Position numbers and translations under genes: made by a program. The notes below the pieces were generated by a model. The model had not been told where the DNA came from, ran no database searches, and saw only the letters and a list, made by a program, of their open reading frames with translations. A stretch of DNA of 63,781 nucleotides, the filler included, from Octopus bimaculoides (taxonomy: Eukaryota), in assembly GCF_001194135.2 (NCBI RefSeq). It is 5 parts of 5 records of this genome, joined end to end, with 100 filler letters (N's around TTAATTAATTAA, not from the genome) between each part and the next. Parts side by side here need not be neighbours in the genome. Positions count along the whole stretch, not along the records: positions 1 to 15,796 come from NC_068981.1; 4 more parts are not named here. One strand, given 5' to 3'. Shown here in pieces: positions 1 to 13,544 of the stretch; position 1 is the stretch's first letter, and every line of letters starts with the position of its first letter.

Positions 1-201
1 AGTGGCACGTAAAAGCACCCACTACACTCTCGGAGTGGTTGGCATTAGGAAGGGCATCCAGCTGTAGAAACTCTGCCAAATCAGATTGGAGCCTGGTGTA
101 GCCATCTGGTTTCACTAGTCCTCAGTCAAATCGTCCAACCCATGCTATCACGGAAAGCGGACGTTAAACGATGATGATGATAATGATGATGATGATGATG
201 A
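1..201 (+). mobile_element. Abundant short repeat with (GAT)n tail (RTE LINE 3' end or RTE-tailed SINE)
   Basis: Near-identical copies at about 10544-10725 and 35199-35378 (+) and 62585-62745 (-). More diverged copies at about 610-843, 3415-3555, 29195-29530, 30405-30660, 41005-41365, 43255-43500, 61220-61380, 62085-62300 and 62935-63185. Confidence 0.85.
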
Positions 202-554
202 TAGATAGATAGATGGATAGATAGATAGATAGATAAGGCATAAATAATGGTTATTACATATTTTTCTTTATTGTAGTAGATCTACTCCAAAAAAGGAAAA
301 ATACGTAATGACCATTATTTATGCCTTGTCTTGTATATCATTCTGTGTAAAAATCAGTATAACTGGAACACAACCATGGATTCACAATATAGAATGGTGA
401 TGAACGATAACCTCAGACCCTGCCACAAGAATATGCAGAGTTCTTTACTAATCAAAACAATATTGTTGTCCTGGTGTACTAAAAGAGAGCTTATGAAGTA
501 TTTTGCCTGGATTGATAATCCCTCACTAATAACTTTGTTTTGATGTGTGTGTGT

Positions 555-587
<33 letters not shown>

Positions 588-797
588 TGTGTCTGTGTCT
601 GTGTGTGTGCCACTAGCACGGGTGCCAGGTACTGGTGTCACACAACTGGCACCCATGTCAGTGGCACATAAAATACCCATTGCACTCTTAGACTGATTGG
701 CATTAGGAAGGGCAGCCAGCCGTAGAAACCATACCGAATCAGACTGGAATCTGGTGCAAACCATCCAACCCATGCCAGCATGGACAACAGATATTAA

Positions 798-844
<47 letters not shown>

Positions 845-1828
845 ATGTATGTATGTATGTATGAATGAATGTATATATGTGTGTGTGTGAGTGTCTTCTT
901 TGCCTTGACTTCACAAGTTAGTTGTAAAATGAATGTCACTATCATGTTAATGGTATCATTCATTTTCCTAATACCCTGCAGAAATATGTCTGGCCATGGG
1001 AAAGTATTACCTTATTTGGAAACAGGTGATGGATGACACAAAGAAATGCATGCGCCCATAGAAAATCTGCCACAATACAAGCATGGAAAAACAGACATTG
1101 AAATGACAATGAAGAGGCAGGAGATGGATGGATGGATGGATGGATGGATGGATGGATGGATGGATGGATGGATGGATGGATGGATGGATGGATGAATATA
1201 CTGTCAGACAAACAGATGGAAAGACAGGCACACAGACAGACAAATAGGGAGACATGCAGACAGACAGGCAAAGAGGCAGATAGTAAAACATACAAATAGT
1301 AGATGGATAAATAGGTGGATAGACAGATAGACAGACACAAATAAAAAGATTGAAAGACAGATAAATAAATAAGGAAACAGGCAAACATAGATAATAGGTT
1401 CTTAACACAAAAAGGTCATATAATCTAGAGCAGTATGTTCTTCACCATTTTAGCCATTAGAGAATTGTTGAAACGCATATAGGTTTCAGTTTTCTGTTGC
1501 TTAGAAGTGGTGATATTATTTACTTCCTAATAGTCTCATAAATAATCCTACTTGCAGACAGATTACATTTCAATATTCAAATATCAGAAATATCTGTGAA
1601 AATTCTTAAGGCTTTCCATTTCTGATCTACAAGTGACACTCAGTTTGAAACCTTCTACTCTACATACTAAAGATAGCATTCTCAAAGAGCAGAACAGAAC
1701 AAGACATGAAGCAGCATCTTCCATTGTTTTTATTGCTTAAATGGTGTTTTATTTATTACTCCTCGTGATGTAATTCCAAAAGAAAGAGGTTGTCATGTAT
1801 TTGTTGTTGTTATTGTTGAGCCAGTTAA

Positions 1829-2158
1829 GGCACACGGCTCAGTGGTTAGAGCATTGAGCTTACGATCATGAGGTTGTGAGTTCGAATCCCGGACCGGGCT
1901 GCGTGTTGTGTTCTTGAGCAAGACACTTTATTTCACGTTGCTCCAGTTCACTCAGCTGTAGAAATGAGATGTGAAGTCACAGGTGCCAACCTGTATTAGC
2001 CTTTGCTCTTCCCTTGGATAACACTGGTGGCGTGGAGAGGCGAGGCTGGTATGCATGGGCGACTGCTGGTCTTCCACAAACAACCTTGCCCAGACTTATA
2101 CCGTGGAGGGTAAGTTTCTAGGTGCAATCCCATGGTCAGGCATGACCGAATGGGGTCT
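1829..2158 (+). mobile_element. tRNA-derived SINE with CORE-like central domain
   Basis: A box (GGCTCAGTGG) and B box (GAGTTCGAATCC, 1878-1889), followed by TGTGTTCTTGAGCAAGACACTT...CACTCAGCTGT, which resembles the CORE domain from memory. A related head occurs on the minus strand near 7900-8015. Confidence 0.75.
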
Positions 2159-2540
2159 TAGGTCAATTGTTGAACCCTAGATTATTCTTGATAGAGCAAA
2201 CCTAGGGCAAAAGCACTCCAGCTGTGACCATCCCATTTTATTTTAAGACATAGTGCATAGTGTATCTAGCACTACATTAAGCAATGTGTCCTTCATCTTT
2301 CCTCAAACAGAAAACAATGTGATCTAAGGATGATCTTGTTGTCTTTCATATCAAATTGAACACAACATAAACCATGTTCTGTGCTGGCTCATCTTCATGG
2401 ATATCAGTTTGCAAAGATGGAAAAAGCAACAATCCTAAACACAGAGTAACATATGGTGCTAAGACACACACTCTGCTTTGGGAAGGAAATTTGCCTAAGG
2501 GGTGCAAACCCAGGTCCAAAATTTTTTACAAACAAGGCCT

Positions 2541-2932
2541 TACTCTTTTATACTTTTACTTGTTTCAGTCATTTGACTGCGGTCATGCTGGAGTGCCACT
2601 TTTAGTCAAACAAATCAACCCCAGGACTTATTTCTTAAGCCTAGTACTTATTATATCAGCCTCTTTGGCTGAACTGCTAAGTTACAGGGGCGTAAACACT
2701 ACAACACCAGTTGTCAAATGGTGATTGGGGAACAAACGCAGACACAAAGACATACACATGTAGATACATACATACAACTGGTTTCTCTCAGTTTCCATCT
2801 ACCAAATCCACTCACAAGGCTTTGGTTAGCCTGAGGCTATAGCAGATGACAGTAACCCAAGGTGCCATGCAGTGGGACTAAACCCAGAACCATGTGGTTG
2901 GGAAGCAAGCAAGCTTCTCACCAGACAGCCAT
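2541..2932 (-). mobile_element. tRNA-derived SINE with internal microsatellite and AAAAGAGT-type tail (octopus OR-like)
   Basis: Head GCAGGAGTGGCTGTGTGGTAAG...GGGTTCAGTCCCACTGCGTGG, tail GCAGTCAAATGACTGAAACAAGTAAAAGA. Further copies at about 10982-11400(+), 20568-20997(-), 24085-24425(+), 24446-24680(-), 25878-26375(+), 36886-37275(+), 46615-46987(+), 58140-58310(+), 60117-60335(-) and 61912-62070(+). Confidence 0.85.
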
Positions 2933-3405
2933 ATTTAAAAAAATTATTTTTGTTCTTTGTTCTTTGAGAAGAAACCTAACATCAAGCTACATTTTACACA
3001 CTGTTTTCTAAACTTGAGAAAAGTAAGTATGGGTGCAAACTTTGATCTTACACCCCATGCACCCTCTATACCTAGGCCACGCACACACACACATGCACAC
3101 ACACAATGAAATGGGGTAATGTTACTCAACAGGCTGTTTAACTTGGAGATCATGAGTCTCTTCAGGTCAAGCCACTACTTCCTTACACTGAAAGATCACC
3201 ATTCCAGTATAATAAATATGTGATTAGAATGTTGCTGGGATGAATCACATGGATTCTTGTAGCCAAGCCACCTGGCAGGAGACTTAGTGGTAGACCAAAA
3301 ATGAAATGGTTAGACATTATTCATAGTCCATGGATAATTTGATAAAAGTTAAATTAGGACTATTGTATGCATGCCACATTTCCTGATATTACTCATGGTG
3401 GCAAG

Positions 3406-3436
<31 letters not shown>

Positions 3437-3994
3437 TTAACGTCCACTTTCCATGCTAGCATGGGTTGGACGATTTGACTGAGGACTGGTGAACCAGATG
3501 GCTACACCAGGCTCCAATCTGATTTGGCAGAGTTTCTACAGCTGGATGCCCTTCCAAAATTACTTGTCTTATGTGTATATATGTGAATGCAAGTGTATGT
3601 GTATACATACGTACATACATACATGCATACATGATGGCTATCCACTCATGACCGAGGAAGACTATTGCTGACCTTCAGGAACATTGCGTGCTCTAGGATG
3701 TAGGAAAAAAATAAAGCAGCACATATCAAGCAGAAGCCAGCAATGCCTGTGCAGAGTTTTAGGTCCAATAAGGCTTGCACGACACCTCATAGACCCTCTC
3801 CACTCTATTGACATTATCCAGAGACAAGCCAGAGCAAGATGTCTGATGCCAATATGAGTTACAGGCTCAGAGATGTGGGAGCACCATGATCTCTAGCACA
3901 AACCATGATCCCCAAAACGTCCAATACCATTTCCTGCATGCATGCATACATACATACATATATACACACATATATACATACATACAGGCATGCA

Positions 3995-4690
3995 TGCACA
4001 TAACTCCAAGGCTAAGGAAATAAGAACTCACAGTATGGTGGATGCCATAGCCACTCATAATAAAAAAGAGTACTGGTGGAACATCCCAGTGAAAACCTCA
4101 ATAAAATGTAAACATAATAGACCTGACATAGTAATTTGGGATAGAGAAGAAAAAACTGTGTACAGTTGTGGAAATCAGCTGCCCAGTGGATGTTAACATA
4201 AAGCTAAAGATCAGTAAAAAAGAAAATACTTACACTGGACTATTGAGGAATCTACAGCTACTCTATCCAGATTACAAGTTCAAGTTTATACCTATAATTA
4301 TTAGGGCACTGGGATATGTAACACGCTGCCTAAATACCAATCTTGAGAAATTGGGCTTCTCAAAACCAGAAAGGAGAGAGCTGATTCAAAGACTACAGAT
4401 CCAATCCATCACTGGAACTGTAAAAATCTGTCAAACTTTCCAGAAGTTTATCATTTAAGTATATATGAGTATATCTAGATATGCAACTAATCTGCATGAG
4501 AACATACATAAAACAAAACATACAAATCTGCACATATGCATACACACATACATACATAATACATACATACATACATACATACAAAAGTACCCTATTGATG
4601 TTGTTGAAATTCCAATGAAGGAGCCTTAGATCTAGGTTAGAGACCAGCTCTTTCTCTATTGGTAGGACGTCTTGAAATAAAACAAACATA
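3995..4690 (+). mobile_element. 5'-truncated restriction-like-endonuclease (R4/Dong-like) LINE 3' end
   Basis: Frameshifted ORFs 3942-4196 and 4168-4458 give WWNIPVKTSIKCKHNRPDIVIWDREEK / EISCP...KENTY...IPIII.ALGYV, a PD-(D/E)xK RLE domain; flanked by (CATA)n. Confidence 0.85.
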
Positions 4691-4931
4691 CAGACAGACA
4701 GACAGATATTGGTATACAGGAATACAGACAAATAATGTTCAGTGAACATAAAGACACAAGTGCAGGAAAGAAACAACCAGATTTTACACTTTTCCCCCAA
4801 ATATCAATTCCCCAGTGACACAACAATGCATCAAGAAGCAAACTCCAAACTCAAATACCAACCTCTTCTAAATACATGTGGGACAGAAAAGGGGAAACTA
4901 CCAATAACCCAACAGTAACTTGTTCCTGAAG

Positions 4932-4967
<36 letters not shown>

Positions 4968-5264
4968 TTATTAGTGAGACTACTACAGCCCTTAGCATGG
5001 CTGCTGCTGCTACTATTACTACAACCCAGCAACAATCAGAACTTACATGATTGTTGCTGCCTTACATGATTGTGTAATATTACCATGTGTTATATGTGAT
5101 ACATGTACACATTGTCAGATGCAATCATTTACATACAGGATATATATATGGACTATGTTACCCACTGAACCAACTGTAATAAAGGAATAAATGTAATACA
5201 TCACCTCCATTCCTGGACTTACACACGCATACACACATACATATATGCATAGATAGATAGATAG

Positions 5265-5665
5265 ATAAGAAAGAGGGGGCTGAGGACTGATCCTTGTGGA
5301 ACCCCTACTTTTACTCAGAATTCTTCACTATACTCATTGCCAACCCTCACCTTACTGACAGCTTCCCTGTACAGGGCTTGTACAGCTCTTACCAGCCACT
5401 CGTCTATCCCCAGTTTCTGCACCAACCACCAGATAAGGGATCGGGGAACCCTGTCAAAGGCTTTTTCTATGTTAACATAAGCCAGGTACAGAGGTTTATC
5501 TTTGGCTAGGTATTTCTCCTGCAGCTGTCTTACCAGAAATATAGCATCAGTGGTGCTTCCGCTTCACACAAAACCAAACTGCATCTCATCTAGACTGACT
5601 CTCTCCCTAATTAGTTGGGCTATGACCCTCTCTGTAACTTTCCTCACCTCATCCAATAATTTGAT
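5265..5665 (-). mobile_element. RTE-clade LINE reverse transcriptase fragment (RT1-4), two stops
   Basis: Minus-strand translation IKLLDEVRKVTERVIAQLIRERVSLDEMQFGFV*SGSTTDAIFLVRQLQEKY...EKAFDRVPR...KVGVPQGSVLSPLFL. Confidence 0.92.
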
Positions 5666-5891
5666 NNNNNNNNNNNNNNNNNNNNNNNNNNNNNNNNNNN
5701 NNNNNNNNNNNNNNNNNNNNNNNNNNNNNNNNNNNNNNNNNNNNNNNNNNNNNNNNNNNNNNNNNNNNNNNNNNNNNNNNNNNNNNNNNNNNNNNNNNNN
5801 NNNNNNNNNNNNNNNNNNNNNNNNNNNNNNNNNNNNNNNNNNNNNNNNNNNNNNNNNNNNNNNNNNNNNNNNNNNNNNNNNNNNNNNNNNN

Positions 5892-5929
<38 letters not shown>

Positions 5930-6437
5930 TATAAAACTTGCTGAACTGTCAGTGTTTATTATAAAATACTTAAATTAAGAGGAGTGGTTTTGAAATTTCA
6001 GATATCAGATTAGTGATTAAAATAAACTAAAGTCATATAAGGTTATCAAAAAACAAAAAAAACAAAAATTTAATGTTAAAAAAATTTAATTATTCATTTA
6101 AAATTTATATAGATGTAGATAAAATTTCATCTATCAAATGCGAAGATGTAGACTAATATTGTTAAAAATGCTGTAAAATATCAAGAAATTTTAAATGCTT
6201 CAGATAAAGTCTTGGTTTGACATTGTCCTGATTAAATTATGAGAAAATGTAAATTGCTACATTTTTAGCATCATTGCAGCTATCTTTTATAATCGCTGTC
6301 ATCAGCTAAACACTGCTACTATCATCATTGTCATCGTCATCACCATCACCATCAATGTCATTGGCATCATTGTTATTATCATCATCACCAACAACACCAT
6401 CATCATCATCATCATCACCAACATCACCATTATTATT

Positions 6438-6468
<31 letters not shown>

Positions 6469-6567
6469 ACATCACCATTATTATCATCCTAATTATCATC
6501 CTGATAGCTATCACTGTCTAATATCCACCAACGTAGCTGCTAATACTAACAGCGATAGCGGCACTGA

Positions 6568-6604
<37 letters not shown>

Positions 6605-6961
6605 GTCATCATCATCATCATCATTATCATCATCATCATCATCATCATCATCAATACCATCATCACAGACAAAGATACTTTTACATTCACCATTACAACA
6701 ACAACAATTCCAGTTACAGAAAGAGACGGTGTGTCTTTGAAACATGGGAATATAGAGAGTGGTGGTCTTGAAATTACAACCATCATCATCATCATTGTTA
6801 TCACTGTTCTCACATCTTCTCTTCAATGTTTGCATAGGTCAGATGGAACTTGCTGAAGCAGACTTTCTATGGCCAGATGCCCTTCCTGTCACCAATCCTC
6901 CCCAGTTTCCCAGAAAGGTAATATTCCCCCCACCCCTATAACTGGATGTATTTTTATAAAC

Positions 6962-7288
6962 TTGGTCACCTGGGTAGCAGAAGCTATTAACTACTTCTCG
7001 TTTCTCCCCTTGGCATGTGATGGTCTCAGTTTTCTCTACATCTTCAGTGTTTATTGCCCCTGTGCATCTGTCACACACAAAAACTATTTTCCCAATTAAC
7101 CTTCCTTTGATATTGCTGCACCTTTTATGTGTCCATAGCTTACACCATGTACATCGTATGGAGTTTCTACCCATGCCTTTTCTACAGATTAAGCAGGGCC
7201 ATCTACCTGAAGGGGATTGTGGTTTCACAGCATTCCTACTTACTAAGACTTTGGTTTTTGCTAGGTTAACCCTAAGACCCTTCGATTC
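6962..7288 (-). mobile_element. RTE-like LINE RT C-terminal fragment with PHD-like finger
   Basis: ESKGLRVNLAKTKV (RT6), then WPCLICRKGMGRNSIRCTWCKLWTHKRCSNI...VCDRC, then SFCYPGD (RT7-like). Confidence 0.8.
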
Positions 7289-7391
7289 TGGATAACAAAA
7301 GACACTGGTTACATGACATTGAAAACTTGTTTACGACTATTATACAATGTCAAGGCAAGGAAGCAGTAATACATATACGCACACATATAGA

Positions 7392-7459
<68 letters not shown>

Positions 7460-8061
7460 TGACATACTTCTTTCAATTTCTGCCAACCAAATCCATTCAC
7501 AAGACTTTAGTAGTAGAAGACACTTACCCAAGGTGCCACGCAGATTGTTGAAAGGTAAAATCTATTTTGGCAAAAAGTAGGTCGGCAGATATATTAAGCA
7601 ATATTTGTATTAAGCTTCAAGCAACTGTCTAGCTTTTTCAGTTATATAGAGTGAAAAAGAGAGACAGATGGAAAAAAGGAAAATGTCTTTTGTATTTGAA
7701 AAATATGGAAATATTTTTAAAAGACATTTCATTTAATTTTTCCACAGTTTAATTGTTTTTCATTCAGCTTTTGCTGAACGATCTGCACAAATGATTTGTT
7801 TATTATAATCAAATGTTTGAGCTGCACATTACCTCATTCTCTCCATCAAATCAATGTTGTTTGAACAGGTGCACAGTGTGCCAGGCATCAGGTGTCAAAG
7901 TGGCTGCAGAGCAACAGGAGATGAAGATTTTCGCTCAAGAACACAACATGCCACCTGGTCTAGGAATTGAAATCATGATCTAGTGATTGTGAGTGCATCA
8001 CCCTAGCTACTAGGCCATACATCCTCACACACACGCACATATATGATATATATATACATAT

Positions 8062-8220
<159 letters not shown>

Positions 8221-8789
8221 TACACACACACACAGAGAACAAAATATTCATAGAGCAAAAAGATGAGGTCAGTACTTGCCATATTTATTATTTGCACGTT
8301 TGCATATGAAAAAATCACCAGATGGAGTAAAAAGCTTTTTAAAACTATAGATTCACCTTCCAGTCTTTTAGCAATATCGAAGAACAGCTGAAACCATGCA
8401 AATAAATAAAACTGCTGTACCATCCAAATCCCTTTGTCATTGCTCATGTTGATATGATTCTTTAGTAGCACATAGATCTGAAGAAGGCAACTGATATTAT
8501 TTTAATATTGGTTTTAAATTGTGTCACAAGGATATCAATTTTATGGGAACTGGGCAAGTTAATTACATCAACCCCAGTGTTCAACTGGTGCTTATTTTAT
8601 TGACCCTGAAAGGATGAAAGGCAAAGTGGACCCCAGTGATATTTGAACCCAGGGTGTAAACTCAACTCAGAAGAAATGTTTCTGAGCATTTTCCCCAGCA
8701 TGGTGAAAATTCTCCCAGCTTGCCAACTGAAATCATTTTGATATCAAAAATGGTATTTCCAATTTGTATGTGTGTGGGTATGTGTGTGG

Positions 8790-8836
<47 letters not shown>

Positions 8837-10193
8837 CGTGCGTGCATGCGTGCTTGGGTATATCTGTGTGTGTGTATGTTTACACTTTTAAATTACCCAT
8901 TATGGAAACTTTTCTTCAAAGGAGAAGATTATTGAAGGAATGAAAAAGAAGGCAGCAATCAAGTTTATCTCTAGAACAATTAGAAATAAGAAGAGAAATA
9001 AATAGGCAAAGACATTCCAGTGTCTCACAAAAAAAGAACAAATGCAATTAGGAATACAATTAAGAAATATAATTAAAAATAAGTCAGCTACAAAATGTCA
9101 AAATGAAACAGAAGATATGAGATTTAATAATGAAAGTAATTCTCAGAGAACAACCATTAGGGAGATATCAAAATGAAATGGTGAAAGAAAGAAATTTAAG
9201 GTGGCCAAATATGAGAAAAACATCATAAAAATGTTCAACAAACCCTACAGAATGGAGTAGAAAATCTCTTTATGGACAAGCAATGAGGAATACAAGAATC
9301 TGGCATGTAAATTCTTGGTACAAGAGCAAACATATAAATAACTATATTTCAAAATAAATGTAGATTTCTTTATTTTAATTTTATTTTATTTTCTATACAT
9401 TTAAATGAAATCAACTTGCCATCATTATTAATGGCATGGATACACTAGTGTGTATGTGTGTGTGTTTCCTCTATGAGTTCAAGATATAGATAGTAGGCAG
9501 ACAAGTAAATGAATATGATTCAAAGTATTAAGGAAATGTTTATCTGTACTAATTAAGAAAAATGTAAGCAGTAGGTATTCAACTAAAAATAAATGAGATG
9601 ATGATGGAAAAGTTATTTATTTCTTTACTTCTTTTTCTTAATCTTTGAAGTATGTATGTAACATCATTAACCCTATTTTCTCATTAACCTCAATATGCTT
9701 CTTCTCTAAGTTATCTTGATATTATTTACCCAGAATCAGTCAGTAATTTTCAAAGCGTGTCACACACTAAGTAGGTTATATATAGTTCAATCATAAATAA
9801 TTAATATGTAAGAAAACATTTGAATTGTAAGAAAATCATTGAAATATTAGGAATCATTATACAAAAATATTGGTTTCCATTTCTTATTGTTAATATTGAT
9901 TCCTTTAAACAATCAGTTTGTCATAAATAGTTGAGCACCAGACTAAAAAATATTGTTTTATTTTATGCTTCTATATTCTATATCTATATTCCTAATGGGA
10001 TTAACTTTCATCTTTGCATGAGGGTGGGGGGAGTGGATGTCAATAAAAAGAATAATTATGTATTATTGGGATGACAAACAATTCCATTGATTATATTCAT
10101 CTCTAACAAATTTCAAATTCTATGTCAATATAAAAAAGCTAAATTTTTGGTTCATTTTGATTATATAAAAATTATTCCAATATAATTTTATAC

Positions 10194-10243
<50 letters not shown>

Positions 10244-10278
10244 AGATGACACAGGAAAAACAATGGTTATGTTATGAA

Positions 10279-10375
10279 CTTCATTAACTTACAATTGTTT
10301 CTGCTATAAGATGCAGTGGGCTCTTAGAGTGCTTGAATAACATCCTAGAGCCTCATCAGTGCCTTGAATATGAAG
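10279..10375 (-). ncRNA. Degenerate minimal type I hammerhead ribozyme motif (probable Penelope-like element remnant)
   Basis: CUGAUGA (10359-10353), 12-bp stem II with 10 pairs, GAAAC-AAUU-GUA (10301-10290), distal stem I CUUCAU/AUGAAG; mismatches at 10.1-11.1 and 1.1-2.1. Confidence 0.6.
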
Positions 10376-12175
10376 TGTAATTTATTTGAGAAAAAGCATA
10401 GCATTTTTGCAATATGCAGGGAAGACATTACTAGTGAGAAAGTTATTACTGATGTATACAAAAAAAGTGTATATCCAAAAGGCAATTAGATTTACAAATA
10501 GAAAAAGTAGAAAAAAATAGAAAAAAATACATGTATATATATACACGTAAAAGCACCCACTACACTCTCTGAGTGGTTGGCATTAGGAAGGGCATCCAGC
10601 TGTAGAAACTCTGCCAAATCAGATTGGAGCCTGGTGTAGCCATCTGGTTCACCAGTCCTCAGTCAAATCGTCCAACCCATGCTAGCATGGAAAGCGGACG
10701 TTAAACGATGATGATGATGATGATGATACACATGCATATGCACTTGAAAATGCATGCAGAGTTCTACACCACGTTATAATTACTTTGCTCTCATCTCACA
10801 GACTCATGTGTTCATATACACTCACCGAGATACATTGGATGCGTTTTTGTCTCGACATCCATATATCAACTTTATACTCTCACACAGACTCATGACAACA
10901 GAACATGTCTACAAGACACAACAGTAGTCTAAGAAGGAAATCAGCATTCTCATAAAGGTATGGTTTTGTCTTTCCCAAACTGAAGCATAGTTGTGTGGTA
11001 AGAAAATTGCTTCCCAACCACATTGTTTTGGGTTCAGTCCTACTGTATGGCATTTTGGGCCAATGTCTTCTACTATAGCCACAAGCTGACCTTGCGAGTA
11101 GATTTGGTAATTGAATCTGAAAGAAGCCCATTGTGTGTGTGTATATGCATGCGCATGTGTGTGTATATGTCCTTGTGTCTGTGTTTGTCCCCCATCACCA
11201 CTTGAAACCAGTGTTGGTGTGTTTACGTCCCCATAACTTAGTGATTCAGAAAGAGACCAATAGAATAAGTACCTGGCTTTAAAAAAAACAAAAAAGAAAT
11301 ACTGGAATTGATTTGCTTTACTAAAATGCTTCGAGGCGGTGCCCCAGCATGGCCACAGACTAATGACTGAAACAAGTAAAAGATAAAAGATAAAAGATAG
11401 ATGCAAATGATATTGTCAGAAAGAACACTCCAACTAGTCACTAACCTATTGGAAAAGCAGATACAGAACAAACTCAAACATCTTAAAATCTTGTTTAAAT
11501 TAATTCATAGACATTTCGAGAGATTTCAACATGTATTTTTCTCCAACTACAGTCAACCAACAACAACAACAACAGAAAGTTCAACTTGAGCCTACTGAGA
11601 ATATATATATCCACAGAATGGGAAGAGGGAGGAGGTGCCTGTTGCATTCCCTTTTCAATTACATTGACCTTCTTTTTCTTCTTCTTGTTTCCACTTCTTT
11701 TCCTCTTTAATAACATTCATTCTTGTAGTCTTAAAAGTAGCAATTTGTTTGTTAACACCATCGATACTGTCACCCACCACCACCACCACCACCACAACAT
11801 TTCAACACACTGAGTGTGGACTGGCGAATAGGGAGAGAGAGGGCAAGATAAATTAGTAAATATAGGTTCTGCTTGATCAGATCTGACAAGGCTACTACAG
11901 TAGTTGTAGTAGGAGTTGGGTTTTAATTGTGGTGGCAATGGTGATAAAGTGGAACCATATCTTCTAACAGTTTTGTAAGTATAGGTTTGCTTGACCATAA
12001 CTGTCCAGAAAGTGAGATGATTCTCTCAAATCAATGTTGTTAAATATAGGTTTAACTTCAACAGGTAAGACTAGACAAAAACAAACTACACACCATCAGT
12101 GAAATAACAACAAAAATTAAACATTCAACAACAGCTTTCTAAGAATGGACTTATATATGTTATTAAATTGACAAT

Positions 12176-12550
12176 GGTGGAGGTGCAATGGCCCAGTGGT
12201 TAGGGAAGCGGACTCACGGTCATAGGATCGCGGTTTAGATTCCCAGACCGGGCGTTGTGAGTGTTTATTGAGTGAAAACACCTAAAGCTCCACGAAGGGG
12301 AATGGTGGCGAACCCTGCCATACTCTTTCACCACAACTTTCTCTCACTCTTCCTGTTTCTGTTGTGCCTGTAATTCAAAGGGTCGGCCTTGTCACACTGT
12401 GTCACGCTGAATATCCCCAAGAACTACGTTAAGGGTACACGTGACTGTGGAGTGCTCAGCCACATGCACGTTAATTTCATGAGTAGGCTGTTCCGTTGAT
12501 CGGATCAACTGGAACCCTTGACATCGTAAGCGACAGAGTGCCAACTAACT
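12176..12550 (+). mobile_element. tRNA-derived SINE (separate family)
   Basis: A box TGGCCCAGTGG, degenerate B box GGTTTAGATTCC, unique body, AAC/CTAA-like tail. Confidence 0.6.
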
Positions 12551-12925
12551 AACATTGACAAGGATATTATATTTTAAAATCCTGGGAAAGTGTATAGTCA
12601 ATTATCTATCACAGTACATGACAGATATTTTATTTTATTAACCCCAAAATCATGAAAGAGAAAATAGACATCAGGGTGATTTGAATTCAGAATGTGAAAG
12701 AAAGAAACTAAACATTGCTTTCGAATTTTTGGCACAAGGCCAGCAATTTCGGGGGAGTTGGTAAGTCAACTACATCAACCCACAGTGCTCAACAGGTGCT
12801 TATTTTATTGACCTTGAAAGAATAAAAGGCAAAGTCAACCTTGACAGAATTTGAACTTGGAACATAAAGACAGATTGAATGCTACTAAGCATTTTGCCCA
12901 ATGTACTAATGATTCTGCTAGCTTG

Positions 12926-13149
12926 CACTTTCATTACCAACTCAGCTGAAACTGGCTCTGGCTCTGAGTACAAATGTCCTGTTTTCATAAGTTTTGAATT
13001 AAAATCTTCCACCAAACCTTAGTCACAACTTATGTTCCTAACACTAGATGAATGATAACTAAGTTATTTTACTAAATTCTTTGTTATATTTAAAGTAATT
13101 GAAAGAAACACAGAGCATCTCAAAATAAATACAGTAACGAGAGGGTTAA
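12926..13149. mobile_element. piggyBac-like MITE
   Basis: Right end GTAACGAGAGGG-TTAA; left end CACTTTCATTAC is an imperfect inverted match and its TTAA is lost. Confidence 0.45.
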
Positions 13150-13544
13150 GGAAACTAAATATAAATAATTCTGATATGAAAGGTCATAAGTGCAGAAATT
13201 TAGATGTAGCGGGATAGAGACAGTGATTTTTATTACAGGCAGAAGGCTACAAACTATGGGGGAAGGAAAGTCGATTGTATCAACCAGTACTACATTGGTA
13301 CTCATTTTGGCACCCTATGAAGGAGACAAGGCAGAAACAACCTGAGTGGAATTTGAATTCAAAATGTAAAAGATGGATAACTAAATATCACATGTGAGAC
13401 ACTTTCTATATTAATGACTTTGTCCAATGTGAAATATAAGACTGAGTTTGATAAGATAGACTAAACAAGTAAGACTGATTTTCATTAATTTTCAAGCATC
13501 TAATTATAATGTTTTCCTTACTTAAAACTGTCTTATTCAGGCAT

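Noticed and set aside
1829-1900. tRNA gene candidates (A and B boxes here and at 12176, 25878)
   Set aside because: No complete cloverleaf; they continue into SINE bodies and are multi-copy.
5065-5200. Possible solo LTR (TG...AATAAA...CA)
   Set aside because: No target-site duplication or second copy visible; the motifs are too common to support the call.
8940-9060. Helitron-like N-terminal peptide KRRQQSSLSLEQLEIRREINRQRH
   Set aside because: Short, low-complexity charged stretch ending in a stop; no Rep or helicase motifs nearby.
10888-10957. Exon-like segment with cacAG acceptor and AAG/GTATGG donor
   Set aside because: Stops in all three frames and no NDR similarity; could only be a UTR exon, which cannot be tested here.
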